From assembly GCA_964016885.1 (NCBI GenBank), contig OZ024741.1:362576001-362640000 (forward strand): a stretch of 64,000 nucleotides of DNA, in the 5' to 3' direction. Below are positions 51,125 through 64,000 of this stretch, piece by piece. The number at the start of each line of letters is the position of its first letter. Position 1 is the stretch's first letter. A program made the position numbers and the translations under genes. The DNA is from Eledone cirrhosa (lineage: Eukaryota). The notes beneath the pieces are model-generated. The model did not search any database and was not told where the DNA came from. It saw only the letters and a list, made by a program, of their open reading frames with translations.

Positions 51125-52195
51125 CATATAAGATGTCAACTGGTGTACCACAGGGATCTGTTCTTGGCCCCCTTTTGTTTGTGGCATATATTAATGACAT
51201 AGATGCCAACTTAAAGAATACCACAGTACTGAAATAAGAAGATGACATCAAGCTGTACCATGAGATGAAAAGGACTGATCCTGAACATTAGATCTTGCCT
51301 GCAATCTGACCTAGACACAATGCAACAATGGATCACGGACTGGCATCTCAAGCTAGCTGTGGACAAGTGTACCACCATGCATTTTGGGAGTAAAAACCCA
51401 GCGTTCACATACTCCCTCCACAGCACTAATATCAAGAAGTCTTCTTGTGAACGTGACCTGGGCATTACGGTCAGCAGTGATTTGCGTTGGACGAAGCATA
51501 TCTCTAAAATTGTCAAGAAGGCTGAGGGTGTCTTAGCATCACTCAGCAAGACCTTTGTCAGCCACTCTCCAGCTATCTATTTAAAGCTGTATATAGCTAT
51601 GGTGCGACCACACTTAGAATTTGCATCACCGGTCTGGAACCCCTATCTTGCTCAGAACATTGACCGCCTGGAAACTGTTCAGAGAGATGCAACCAAGCGA
51701 ATACCCTCCATCAGGCATCTACCATACTCTGAATGCCTTTCTTCCCTGGGCATGGATACATTGAAGCTCCGAAGTCTGGCAACTGACTTGGTAAACACCC
51801 ACAAAATTATTAACCATCTTGCCAACAACAACCCTGAGTACCTTTTTGATTTCCATGTGTCTAACACACGTGGGCATGCCCACAAAGTCAGAAAACAGTA
51901 CAGCTCCCATGACTTTCGGAAACATTTTTTCACGCTCAGAGTTGCTGAAGCATGGAACAATCTACCTGCGTCAGTTGTTAGCTGTCGAGACACTGCATCC
52001 TTTAAAACCTCCATGCTTCCTGAGATTCGCCAACACCACACCTAACATTCCCCCTCCATACACACGCACACATGTATATCATGACTCATACACTATTCAC
52101 TTCCCTGGCATTTGTATATTATTCTATGTACTATACATGCACCTTTGACGAGTTGTAGTGCACCTGAGCACTACACAATAATTTCATTATTATTA
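51125..52195 (+). mobile_element. CR1-like LINE, 3' 1.07 kb (RT C-terminus + 3'UTR)
   Basis: GVPQGSVLGPLLF..YIND, ERDLGI, VRPHLEF..VWNP, LETVQR.ATK, TRGH..K; (ATT)n tail. Confidence 0.93.
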
Positions 52196-52956
52196 TGATG
52201 TGAGTCTTTATTTTTTCAATTATCTGTTTTCTATTTGTCTATAAACATTTTGTTTATTACTGTTTTTAACAGAGATGGTATTATTTTAACATGTATTAAT
52301 GTAAATGAATTGCAATGTGATGGGTCTTTTCAGTGAAATAGTTGGGTCATGTGTTAAAGGACTAGGTGAGAGGATTGGTGGAAGGAAGGGGGGGGGGGTC
52401 AAGAAAGATATGACTAAAGATGATGGAGAGAGGTGAAAACCAGGGATTTTATGGAGAGGGGGTGGGGCTGCAAGCGATATGGGGAAATGGTCATAAAATG
52501 CTTTTTGTTGTGTTGTTGATACAATATTAGAATAGTGATTCCACCAGATTGTTCTTGTATAAATGCCAGAACAAGAAATCCTGCACGACAACATGAACAT
52601 TGGAGTTATTGAGCAGAGCCTGACTAATGTGGGCTGCCCAATCACAAGAGTGAATCATCCAAATGATTCCACTCTGAATACATAGAAACACAATAGAAGG
52701 AACTTAACCTGGTTCTTTGATACAAAATTGTTTATTTTAAGTGTTTATATTTATCTACAAAAAATTTCTATCATAATTTTATGTAAGAACATCTAAGCTA
52801 TGCTCTAAACACCAGCTTAATGAGAAAGTTATTTTACTAAATCCCTCCAAAATTCTTGATTCCTTGCTTTGTCTCCTATACAAGAAGAACAATAAAGAGT
52901 CCCTAATATATTGGATCAAATAATACTAACTATCCTTGTTAAATATATTTTTTTAG

Positions 52957-52973
52957 GTATCATGATGATGATG
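52957..52973 (+). CDS. Candidate 17-nt micro-exon
   Basis: Perfect branch point TACTAAC at 52924-52930, T-tract, TAG acceptor, exon GTATCATGATGATGATG, donor GTAATT. Confidence 0.4.
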
Positions 52974-55950
52974 GTAATTAAAAAAACATAAATATTAGAA
53001 GTATTATTGTTCTGAACAAATTAATGACAGTAATAGTATTGAACGTCATTTTTGGAGTCCACGATTGGTATGCTATATATATCAGGGTTGTTGGAGATAT
53101 AAACAGACTGGAAAATTTGCGTTTTTATAAATTAAAGGAAATTCTATAGCTTATATTGATTACTAACACGTGGAAGTGATTAAAAATAATATTTTAATTT
53201 ATTTCGATGATATGAGTGTATATATGTACAAATGACATGTAGGATTAAATGTATGAGCAACTTTGGAGATATAACTATTTACCAGGACCTAGTGATTGGA
53301 AAGCTAACTTGATGTTGTAACATGACAGATAGGAAATGTACTGTATGTTTGAGCAAATTTTAAAGGGTTACAAACAGATGTATATATAAATATACAAATA
53401 CACCTGGCGTATTATTATGGTTGATTTTGACTTGTTTTGATTTTGCGCCCATAGTATGAAGGGCTGCAGATCTCCTTTTCAGAGAACAATACTCTTCGCT
53501 TGTTCCCGACAAAAATGGTTTCCACGGTTAGTAAATATAGAAGTATATCAGATAGAGGCCTAATTGAGGTAATAGTTTGAAAGAGGTTATGTAGCCGGTT
53601 CCGGTAAAATAGACTCCAGGGCTATGCAGCCCGTAAGAGTGTCAGACACTTTGAGGTGCACCTTTTACGGCCCGAGTTAAGACAATTTGAAATCTTTTCC
53701 ACCATCAATTGTTAAAATCATTTAGCCATCCATTTGTACGTTACGCTTTAGTTACATATACACATCTACACGTAAATGTATAAACAGATACAGACAAAAT
53801 AATTATTACATACACACATATCTATGAAACACTATAACGATATGTGTTGTGTACCTTTAGGGTTTACCGGCTACATAGTCTATTCGTAATAATTTCATTG
53901 TGGAAATATAGAAGAGGAAAAAAAAAACTTCTATTCTTTAAATACACTATTGAAATGTAATCGAGATTATAAATACTTGAATTACTGAATGTGAAAGTTA
54001 AATTTGAAAATAATTAATAAGAGTATATAATACGGATGAAAAGTCAGGGAGCATCACCAGCAGTTTGACCAAATAACTGATGTCACATGAATTGATCCAA
54101 ATTTAACATCTCAATTATATTTCTTATATACTTCCATATTTATGATTCATGACCATCAATTCTCCGGTCTGTGTTAGCCAGTTGTACCAAATTCTCTTTT
54201 TTTTTTCCAGAATATTGTAATATGCAGAAAATCCGAAACAATACAATTAAAAAAATAATAAGCAGTATGAGAAGGGGGCATATTCCGAAATTACGCCCCC
54301 CCCCCCTTTTTGCTTCAATAGCTGGAGATGAGATTATAAATATATAAGTGAATACTCACCTACCAAGAGTGCATACGAATGTTACCAGTAATATGTTATA
54401 TGTCCAAGTGTGACCGGTGTCATCGATAATTTTTCACCCACATTCAAAAGCTATGACAGATATTGGAGAACTTTTCCCAAGCAAAAATATGATTGGAGAA
54501 GGGAGAGTGAATTTTTGGCATAATAATAGTTTAAGGCTTCCTGACTTTGTTTCTTTATAGCTTTCTTAATGATGTGCATTTTTAATTAACCTTTTCAGAT
54601 ACGCGTTTTCCATGGTATAAATTACAATAATGTTGATTTTTGTAAATTAATGCTTTCATTTACTGAATACATAAGATGTGTATTTGTAGTAGGCAAAACG
54701 TAAACTCCGAATATTTTTTCATTATGCTTTCAAATTCCGAGTTAAATAATAATATAAATCAGGATGATATCAAATATTTTCTACAGGAACGCAATATTAT
54801 ATCTAAAACTATGAATTGCGAAAAAAAAATAAAATAATCATCTACCACTTTCGAGAATGTACCTGAAAAATATCATTAAAAATATACATTATGAAAGTTA
54901 AGAGGAAACAAATTCGTGTGTGTGTGGGGGGGGGGGGGGCTAAAGTTAGTTAGGCCGAATTTCTGACACCTTTAATGGTTATAGACACTATTTTTTTTTT
55001 TCAGTATAAACAATGGATGCTACAATATGTGCATGTCGCGGGTAACGCTTCGTATTAGTATAGGTCACTTTCGTCATCTGATCCGCCTATCACAGCTGAC
55101 ATGTGTCATCCAGAATGTAGAATTTTCACCCTTTTTTTCCATCTCTCTCTGTCATTATGTATTTTAAATAAAATACATTCATCCAACAGAATGGACCATA
55201 CAGAAATACTAGTTTGCCATATGTCGCATTTTATAAGTGCACAGTTTTCACTTGTTTGTGATTATTTAGTATATGATCCAACCTATTCGAACAGACCTTA
55301 TAATTAAAAGCATTCCAGCCGTGATCTTAACATTCTTGAAGAAGGGGTAGTTCCCTTTAACAATATAAAATAGCATGCACTAAAATGAAAGTGCCTGAAA
55401 AGCACTTTTTGTTTGACTTCTAAATATTTTTTAAAAATCAATAAACTATTTAAATGAAACAAAAGAAAAGGAGAATTAAGCAACGTAAGAAAGGGAGGGG
55501 CAGACTACGCCCTTTGTTGAGAAGGAATTCGGCTGAGCTCCACAGACAGGATAGCAAATGCATTGCCACAGAGCAATAGCCACAACGCCTCACAGGGCTC
55601 CTTCATCAGGTGAGCTGTTGTCTTTCCGATTTTGCCGAGGACCAAGGACACCAAGGGTCTCGACGGCGACCGATACGAAAAGGAAGCAGTCAGACAAGCC
55701 CCTCTATTTGATTATCTTTGAATTGAGTATACCACGTTGTTAAAAAAAATTTATTTCATAATTTGTGGGTCCAAAACTAAATTATATCATTTATAAATAG
55801 ATATGGATATGAGAGTGAGTTTATTTACTGAAGCAATGATAAGAAATAAAACTAAATCAACGTACCGTGGTTAATTAACTTCCATTTTTTAACGTAGTTA
55901 TAACGAAAGATTTCCTCTTTTTTTTTTCTAAAGGACGATAAGGTAATTAC

Positions 55951-56147
55951 CGAGAGCCCCTGTGCACAAACACCTTAGTAAAATTGTCACTACCCACTGT
56001 AATAAAATCTGTTTTTATATGCTGGAATAGCCAATCACTCTCATAAGCATCACCTGGTACTTCAATAACACCAGCCGCCAACAATGACAGAAAAAGAAAA
56101 AAAATCGTCAGTGATCCAGCGACCACGAACATCGCGTATGCCACAGG
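55951..56147 (-). CDS. Candidate coding exon with one transmembrane helix (unknown membrane protein)
   Basis: Acceptor CCTTTTCTAG, 197-nt open exon PVAYAMFVVAGSLTIFFLFLSLLAAG..HRGSR, donor CG|GTAATT. Confidence 0.6.
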
Positions 56148-56877
56148 CTAGAAAAGGTAGTTTACCAATCAGGGTATTCAGTAATTAAATACGACATATT
56201 TCCCAATGCAACATTTACAATTAAATTTATGACAGATTTTTTTTTTAAAATCAATATTCTATTAAAAACTCAACACAAGCTTTCCCACTTTAATTTCAAG
56301 ATAACAGCCTACCTAATAGCGTTAGTTTTAGTCCTCTCTTGGTGTTCAAGACATCCATGTTCTGCTAAAGAATATCATAAGTGTTTATAATTCTCCTTCA
56401 GAACAAAGTACTCTTCACTTGTGAAGAGCTACAAACTCTTGTACAAGCTACCTTCATGCCTACATTAATTATGCTATTTTGTTTATTGTTAACAATGAAA
56501 TCAACAGGTTTGATATTGTTTTTCTAAAATGCGATACTTTTGTTTCCTTGTGAAGTACGGCCTTAATGATTAAGGAATAAATTTAACCTCTAACGCCATG
56601 ATATTTTAGTGGTTAGGACCACATGTTTGTTGTGGTCGTGGTAACCCAATTTCGAGTCTTGGTCACGGTTGTGAGTGGTATGATTTTTCATCTCGTAACT
56701 TAATTATTCGACAAAAAGCGGTTGATAAAATAAACCCCGGCATCGATATAATCGACTAAACTGCTTCAGTGCGGTGTCCCAATAATACGCTTATATCTGT
56801 TTGGCTGTACAAGCGGGAGAAACAATTTAATACTTGCGTATTGAGATGTATAATTCATTATAGCTGCGAAGCGATAC

Positions 56878-56934
56878 CGTTGACCCGAGGGTCAGGAATT
56901 TCGTGCTTAATTTGAAAAGTGCATTAAGTGACAT
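56878..56934 (-). CDS. Candidate upstream exon MSLNALFKLSTKFLTLGST of the same gene
   Basis: Acceptor at 56961-56962, ATG at 56934, donor ACG|GTATCG phase 0 matching the next exon. Confidence 0.4.
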
Positions 56935-57534
56935 CCTCGAGTCACTGATGTTATTCGTAGCTATTATAAAATAAGTTACACACGCACATATGTAAGTATG
57001 TATAATATATCTATATATAATAGATATATATATATGTGTGTGTGGTATGGTCCCGTAACTCCTGATGGAGTCGTAGGGGCGCTGTAGTGACATACAGCGT
57101 TTCTTGGGCATTCTAAGCTTGGGGGAGCCCATCTCTCTCTAGGCCTGAGTACAGCAGATTTCTTCCAGAGAGAGGAAGAAGTGAGCCCAGTACTAGACTG
57201 CTACTTTTTGTTATGGACTTCGAAAGGATGAAAAGCAAAGAGCCAGAACGAATACCATCAAAAATTCTATCCGACGTTCTAACGACTGCCTATGCGCCGC
57301 CTCTCTCTCTGTGTAATGTATGTATACATAGCAAAAATGTCCGTGAGAAGGAAAAGAGTACTCTATCTAATGCAAGAGAGCTAATTTATTATACATAATA
57401 ATAATATATATATACACACATAAAAATATATCGAAAAGATTGAACGAATGTGGATGTACATTATAGTCGGACGGTGTAGGGGACATAACTCAAACTTGTA
57501 AAACACTCAACATCTTTAGTATAGTTTTATTATT

Positions 57535-58262
57535 GTCGAATACAAGGACGAATAGTGTGATTTTCGGTCCGCACGCAGGACAACCAAATATTCACACTGC
57601 GACTGGTCTTTGAGAAATTGTGAGAGTATTACCAGAAAGCCTCGAAAAGGCGTACGACTGCGTTCCACGAGTCCTGTTATGGAAAGTTCTGCAGGATTAT
57701 GGGATCGATGAACAGCTTGTTACCCTGATGTCTCTATACGAATGCCCTAGTATTTGTGTTTGGAAAGATGGTGCTAAGTCGAAACTATTTAATCTGGGTG
57801 TCCGGCTCTCCCAATGGTGCGTAGCGTCACCTCTCCTGTTTATAATCCACCATGAACAGGATTGATGTGCGCAGGCAGGTTGTAAGTGTTATCAAAACTG
57901 GTGAGTGTAGTATCAGTCGGTTGGAATTTGCGTCCAACAGTATTAACTCGTCAGATGGTGATCTCTGATAGGTTTGATGCCTGCCGAATGCTGCACAGCA
58001 GGAATGAAAATCAGTACTGCGATGACTGAGACACTCGTCCTCTCAATGAAGCCTGCATGGCACACTCTACCTGTGGGGGGAGTTCTATTGAAGTAGGTGG
58101 ATACATTCAAGTATCTTGGAGCCGTATTCACGAATGGTGGAAAGCAGGAGACTGAATAAGTGCAAGAATTACAGGAACTGGTGCAGTAATACGCCAGCTT
58201 CAGCATTCAGTCATCAGAAGGAGAGGGGGAGGTGTGAAAGCCAAACTCGCTATCTTCAATTC
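57535..58262 (+). mobile_element. RTE-clade RT fragment, decayed
   Basis: LEKAYDCVPR.LLWKVL..YGI, SPLLFII, AGMKIST, FKYLG. Confidence 0.8.
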
Positions 58263-60025
58263 AAGAGACGAGCTGGCGGGGTGAGCTAGAAAGACAGATT
58301 GGGAGAGAGGACGGCGGCCATGGTGTCGGAGAAGATAAGGGTGGAGGACCCAGTTAGAGGAATCTGGTATGTGCTAAATTACAGAACGGGTCCGTATGGT
58401 GCGGTGTTAGCAGCATAGCAATAGGAGCCGTTCTGGAAATAAGAAGTGTCGAGGTGGAGGATGCAGCCTGGCACAGAAAGAAAGATGACAGCAACCGCAT
58501 CAACGTAGTCGAACTGGACGCCGTGCTGAAGGGAATGGATCTGACTCTGAGATGGGGACTACGTACCATCGAAATCCGAACCAATTCGGCCAAATAGAGA
58601 GTACGAATGAAAGGGGCGACAGAGATATTAATAAATCACCGCCTGGGAATTCTGAGAGAGCTAGCCGCTGAGTTCGGCGAGAAGCTGAGCGTGATATTTG
58701 TTCCCTCAGAAAAGAATAAGGTGGACGTTCTAACTAGGATGAAGAAAGCCAAGCTGAAAGTGTCAGAGGATTCAGAGCGGGGAGTAGCTACAATGTGTTG
58801 GTTGAATGACTTGGAGCTAAAGGGACTGCATGCCATGCATCACATGTGAGTGGATAGGACCCTGTACTCAGCCAGGAAAGTTGACTCCGATGTTACCAAA
58901 CAGCGTGCAAATAGCAATCGGGGGTTGTAACAGGTGTCAGTCCATCGACCCCGCTCCGGGTGTGCACCAGACGGGAAATGGATGTAACACACTACCGACA
59001 GGGGATGTGCCTTTCCATGGTCGACTGTTGACCGAGGCAGATGGCAATATAGAAGGAAATAAATACGGGGACCGCGGATGAAATTACACGAATGCTAAAA
59101 GAAATATTCCTGGAACGGTGTCCTATGGAAGAGCTGCTGGTGGACTGTATTTCGCGAAAAGTAGAATATAAACTGCTTCTTCAGAGAGGCGTGCAGGCCA
59201 AGTGGAAATGGGATCGTAGGTAGACCCCATTGCACGATGAAGACCACAGCAGAGAGGGGAATCGTATCACCAATTGAAGCAGAGTCAGTAACACACAGGG
59301 CGATATTTAAATAGGAATGGCAACATCTGTGTACAATACCACAGTAATACGTGGAAGAGGGGGACAGCATTCGTACAGATCGGAGATGAATCTGGCTCAA
59401 ACCTCCAAATGCGCGCTGTACGTCTCAACGGGGGAAAGGATCAGTAACAGCCGTAAATTCTTAAAACAACGCGTCCATGGATGGAATACCGTGTCACGTC
59501 TTGGATGTCCGCAGGGTGCTCGATTGGTCGGACGACAGCGAAGAAGGAGAGAATGCGAGCAGCACCCTAGCTCTACGGAGGTCACAGCGGGAGCATCAGG
59601 CATCGAAATGGATGGCGGATTTTCACACAGAGTGAGGTGAAGTGGGTGATCTTTGAGATCAGCGGGGAGTGGGGGCGTGCAGGGCTGGAGCCTTGCCGGA
59701 AGTATAAGGGCCAGTAACGTCATGGGACCGGAGGCCTTTGTTGGATGTAGCAAGGCACTGTGACGTCATGGGAGGGAAAGCAGGAAGTGGCAGCAACGTC
59801 GCCGGCTTTCTCGTTGGGGAAGGAGGCTGTGCATTTTTCTGCTCCGTGCATAGGGGACATATGGGGACATTTTCTGGTAATAGGATAGATTTGAGCTGTG
59901 CGCTTAAGGCCCATGGATATATTGCATTCTGGAGAAAATCAGCCAGTGAGACGTCCCGCGGAGTAGGTGAAGTACGTTTTCCCCCCACACTATGTTTGGT
60001 CAGTGAACAATAAAAAAATGTTTCA
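58263..60025 (+). mobile_element. Gypsy fragment: RNase H, integrase, PPT and 3' LTR
   Basis: SSIAIGAVL..INVVELDAV..; HAMHH..CNRC zinc finger; SGNGIV; PPT AGCGGGGAGTGGGGGCG at 59661-59677 then TG...AATAAA...CA at 59678-60025. Confidence 0.82.
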
Positions 60026-60058
60026 TTTTTGCAATAAGCTTCAAATGAATCAATGTTA

Positions 60059-60810
60059 TATTGGGTTGGCCAAAATGACCGTTCGGTTTTTTAAGCGGAA
60101 ATAAGACAATCTTTAAATACAAAGCGATGTATTCAATCAATGATATAATTACCGTTTCATTCCAGTATCTTCTGCCATCTTGTTGATAGATCCATAATTC
60201 CCCACTGAAAGAATTTCCTGTCTTTATTGGCGAAAATGTTTTCCATGTGAATGTTTACATCCTATTCGGAGTTGAAGATCTGTTTATTCAATTAATTTTG
60301 AAGAGAACGAAACAGGTAAAAATTTGAGGCGCAAGGTCGGGCGAATATGAAAGGTGCGGCAAAACTTCCTAGACACGCCCCACTTACTTCTGCCACGTCT
60401 GCAAAGAAATGTGCGGTCTGGCATTGTCGTGATGAAAGACAATGCCCTTACGATTAGCAAATCCTGGACACTTCTAGTGGATGCCTGCGTTTAATTTGTC
60501 CAGCTGGTCACAGTACACATTCAAATTGGTAGTCTTGTCCGTGGGAAGAAGCTCGTAAAATACAACAGCTATCCCTGCAAATTGAAAGCATAACTTCCTT
60601 CAGTTGTTTGTGTTGGTTCGCCGTGCTTCACATTGTTACAGACAATCCATTTTCGTCCCGTCACCATTCTCTTTAAAATAGGAACGGTTTCTTCATGCTT
60701 CTGCAGCGAATTGCAGATGGAAATTTGTTAGGTGAAGTTCATTCAATTGATGTGGGACCCAAACATCGAGCCTGCTGACGTAACCAAGTTGATGCAGATG
60801 GAATTGTTAT
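60059..60810 (-). mobile_element. Mariner transposon remnant
   Basis: TA + TIR TTGGGTTGGCCAAAA; minus HHDNARPH, SYSPDLAP..YLFRSLQN, TRWQKIL; second TIR not found. Confidence 0.88.
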
Positions 60811-61834
60811 TGCTATTGTTTGTTTCATTTGGTAAATTATACCCATGATAAATAAATCATAGGAAGTTAACTGATGGATTATTCACAACACTTAATTCGC
60901 TAACTGACGGCATATAAACAAATATCCAGAGTGATCTCCCTTCGTCGCTGCACGACAACTCATCTGGCGGGATGATATGAAAACATTAAACCTGTCACAC
61001 TTCAATTACAAATGGCTCTTTAGTTCAGTTTCTTTTATCAAACATTCTCACTGAAATTTATCACCTGAGCAGTTTGAATTCGGTTTGTATACCATATCTA
61101 ACCTTTCTAGTCGAAATAACACAATCTTTATTCGTAAAAAAAGATGCATGTGTTAGTATGTTTGTAATATATGTGTGTAAGCTTTCAGTGTAAAATATAT
61201 GAGCTATGTTCGTGTAATATAAAAAGAAAAGTTTAGTCTTGTTAAATCATTCAGTTTTATTATTTTTGAGGTTAGAATTTTAAAGCATTTCCTGCCAACA
61301 GTAATTAGAAGTATATACAGATGTTTTAATAGCGTGAAATAATTTTTGGTTAATTTTAACCAAGCGAAATACGCGAGATCGAGTTTAGTAAACAAGATTA
61401 CGAACTATAGGAGACAATTTGTGGGCTCACATTCACTGAACTCTGGAAAGAACACTTTATTCTACATTACCTCATTTCAGCTATCTGTCTGAAATGTTTA
61501 TATTTAAGATCCTATTCTAATCATAATTGTATAAATAAGATTACAAATTGTTTATAATCATTATAGAATACTTAATTACATAAATACTCCACGTTAAAAT
61601 ATAAATTCAAAACGAAAGAAAATATTATAATCATGATGTCTCACATAAAAATAGAATTCACGGAACCTTATAAATATAATACACAAAAGTATACAATCAA
61701 AGCGAAAAAAAAACATCAGTTCAACACTAAGTGCGTCAATCAGCAAGGAGCATTGGAACATCCCGCTAATACTTTTTGACTGAAATAAGAACCAAATCAT
61801 CCAGGAATGTTTATTTACAATAGACTGACGTCTT

Positions 61835-62140
61835 ACCCATGGTCGGATTTAGAAATAGTGAAACCCTGAGCTGTGAGATCTTGTAGAGAGATCACAGCTC
61901 CGATACTATGGGCATGTGGTTAGAGTGTCTCAGGAAAGAAACGCTGGACAGATTTTACTGGCAAAACCAATCGGCAGGAGACCCAGAGGTAGACCCTGAG
62001 CAAGATGATTGGATACCATCCATGGGCTTGGCTGGTCTAGTTTGAAAATCCAGCCGGATCAGTTGGTAATGGTTGCTTCCGACAGGACCTGCTGGAAGGA
62101 GTGTCTGAGGACTCTGCTACTATGAACCTCTCAGGAATAA
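61835..62140 (+). mobile_element. RTE-clade LINE 3' fragment
   Basis: ERSQLRYYGHVVRV..GRRPRGRP..ASDRTCWK. Confidence 0.8.
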
Positions 62141-62504
62141 GTGGGCGAAGAAGTCTTCAAACATGTTTTCCGTGATGCAGATTACGATTAATACGTTAAC
62201 GCTAGTTAATGTTTTGTACAACTCTAATCATTTCAGTGTATGCAGCATCTAGTTTCTTCTTAAACGCTTGTATCATGGTCCCTGTATCTGATCCATACAA
62301 CAATACTGAGTCAACAGATATTCTGAAGAATGATATTAAATGTTAATTTAGTTGTGTTAAATCATTACTTACATATAAATTATAATAAAGCTAACGAATG
62401 AAAAATAGTTTGTGGGGCCCTTGCTTGTGGTTAGTTTAGTATATCCTAAATACTACCTGGTCTTACACAGAGCGAGATTTATCTCTTATTTGCTTAATGT
62501 GTGG

Positions 62505-62790
62505 ATGCAGCATGACCAGGCGGAGAAGTTCATTTCACAATCGTAAGGTTGTGGATTCAATCCCACAGCAAGTGATATTATGTAGATGAAAACTGTTTGA
62601 AAGGACTGTACCTGTAATTTGAAAAGGACACCCTTGCCACTGTGTCACGCTAAATCTCCCTGAGAATTACGTTAAGGGTACACGTGTCTGTTGAATGCTC
62701 AGCCACTTACATGTTAATTTTTTAAGCAAGCTGTCCTATTGATCAAACACCTGGAACAGCCGTCATTGAAAAACAAGAAAAATCCATGCC
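62505..62790 (+). mobile_element. tRNA-derived SINE (third family)
   Basis: B-box-like GGATTCAATCCC; body CTGAGAATTACGTTAAGGGTACACGTGTCTG..CAGCCACTTACATGTTAA. Confidence 0.55.
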
Positions 62791-62847
62791 ATTCCATTTG
62801 TTTAATACAACGAAACAACTAAGCACTGGCCCTTAATCTTCAGTGTA

Positions 62848-63270
62848 CATCATCATCATTTATTGTCCATTTTCCTTGCTAGCACAGGTTGGATATGTCA
62901 CAGACCAATCAGTACTCAAACAAACCGTCTTACCTCCAGGTGGGCTCGGAGCCCAACATTCAGTGCCGTACTATACTGAGTGCATTTCATCATGGTACTA
63001 ACACTAGAGAAGTAGTCATGTCTTTGATATAACTGATGAGTCTTCCTGATCCTTTGGTTGGCAGATTTTCTAAGGTTCGATGCCCTTCCTATCACAAACC
63101 ACTTTACAGAATATACTGGGTGCATTTATTGTGCAGATCACCAACACTAGAGAGGTTGTCATGTCTATAACATGAAAAGTCCTCCTAACACTTTAGCAAG
63201 ATTTCTACAGATGAATGCCTTTCCTATCACCAACCATTTTACAGAGTGTATTGGGTGCCTTTATAGTATA
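62848..63270 (-). mobile_element. Ceph-domain-like SINE with RTE tail, partly duplicated
   Basis: Minus CTGTAAAGTGGTT..ATAGGAAGGGCATC twice; tail ..GGAAAATGGAC..(GAT)n. Confidence 0.6.
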
Positions 63271-63419
63271 CCTTGTTGAATAATATGATGTCATTTGTAC
63301 AAGACTACAAATTTGTATAATTGATTGAATATATGAGTACAAGACTCGTGGTTATCTTATCAATTCCTGAAGGGTGAAGTCTATCCTGCTAGGGCTTCAA
63401 CTGAGCACATAGAGGCTCA

Positions 63420-64000
63420 AAATAGAATACTGTAATTTTCTAGCTTTTTTAGAGGAGGGTGTAATTGATTTTAATTGTCTGCAGTACTAGACTGATATAT
63501 TTTTTCTTGGCCACAAAGGGATGAACGACAAAGTTGATCTCACCAACATTTGAACTCAGAATACAGGAGAACAAAACAAAATACTGGTTATAATTCATTT
63601 TAGGCCTTAAGACCAGCATTATTGAGGGAGGTTACTTGACAGTAACTTTATTTTATTGACCTGAAAAGGATGATGGACAAAGTTGACCTTGGCAGGATTC
63701 GAACTCAGAATTTAGAGAGCTAGAACAAATGCCTCAAAGCATTTTATCCAACACTCTAATTAGTCTGCCAATCCTCTACTCTTATGATAATAATAATTTT
63801 TTCTACATTTGGCACAAGGCCAGTAATTTGAAGAGAAATGTTAATTAAATCAACCCCCAGTGCATTATTAGTGCTTTATTTTACCCCATAAGGATGAAAG
63901 GCAAAGCTAACCTTGGCAGGATTTGAACTCAGAATGTGAAGGGTCGCAACTTTATGCTGCAAAACATGTCTAGTGCTCTGCCATTACTGCCAATCTACAA
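63420..64000 (-). mobile_element. Cluster of SINE family A copies
   Basis: Three or more AGGATGAA..AAAGTTGACC..GATTTGAACTCAG units. Confidence 0.8.

Noticed and set aside
52975-55310. Possible further minus-strand exons (acceptor near 53108, donor near 54358, acceptors near 55265-55280)
   Set aside because: No phase-consistent chain could be established with confidence

Overview
This is eukaryotic, AT-rich, microsatellite-dense DNA. The SINE and LINE repertoire looks cephalopod (Octopus-like), which is an inference. The first ~44 kb is a nest of decayed transposons: Penelope-like elements (PLEs: RT, GIY-YIG, inverted pLTRs) sitting in (TA)n tracts, a near-full-length Tx1/L1-type LINE, an R4/Dong-type RLE LINE, CR1 and RTE LINEs, Gypsy fragments, non-autonomous Helitrons, a hAT MITE and many tRNA-derived SINEs. 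From ~45 to 57 kb there are candidate host exons: a + strand orphan gene with a CRE/Inr/YY1 promoter and possible micro-exons, and a - strand small membrane protein. Further Gypsy, Mariner and RTE remnants follow. The most notable signal is RNA structure rather than protein. About a dozen minimal type I hammerhead ribozyme (HHR) motifs from several unrelated PLE-like families occur here, many in short ORF-less fold-back elements, and two copies carry a compensatory U3-A8 core variant. About 40-75 nt downstream of the predicted cleavage site, most families share a covarying RCTC...GAGY stem-bulge/three-way structure that I do not recognise from the literature. All calls were made by eye; no searches or folding programs were run.
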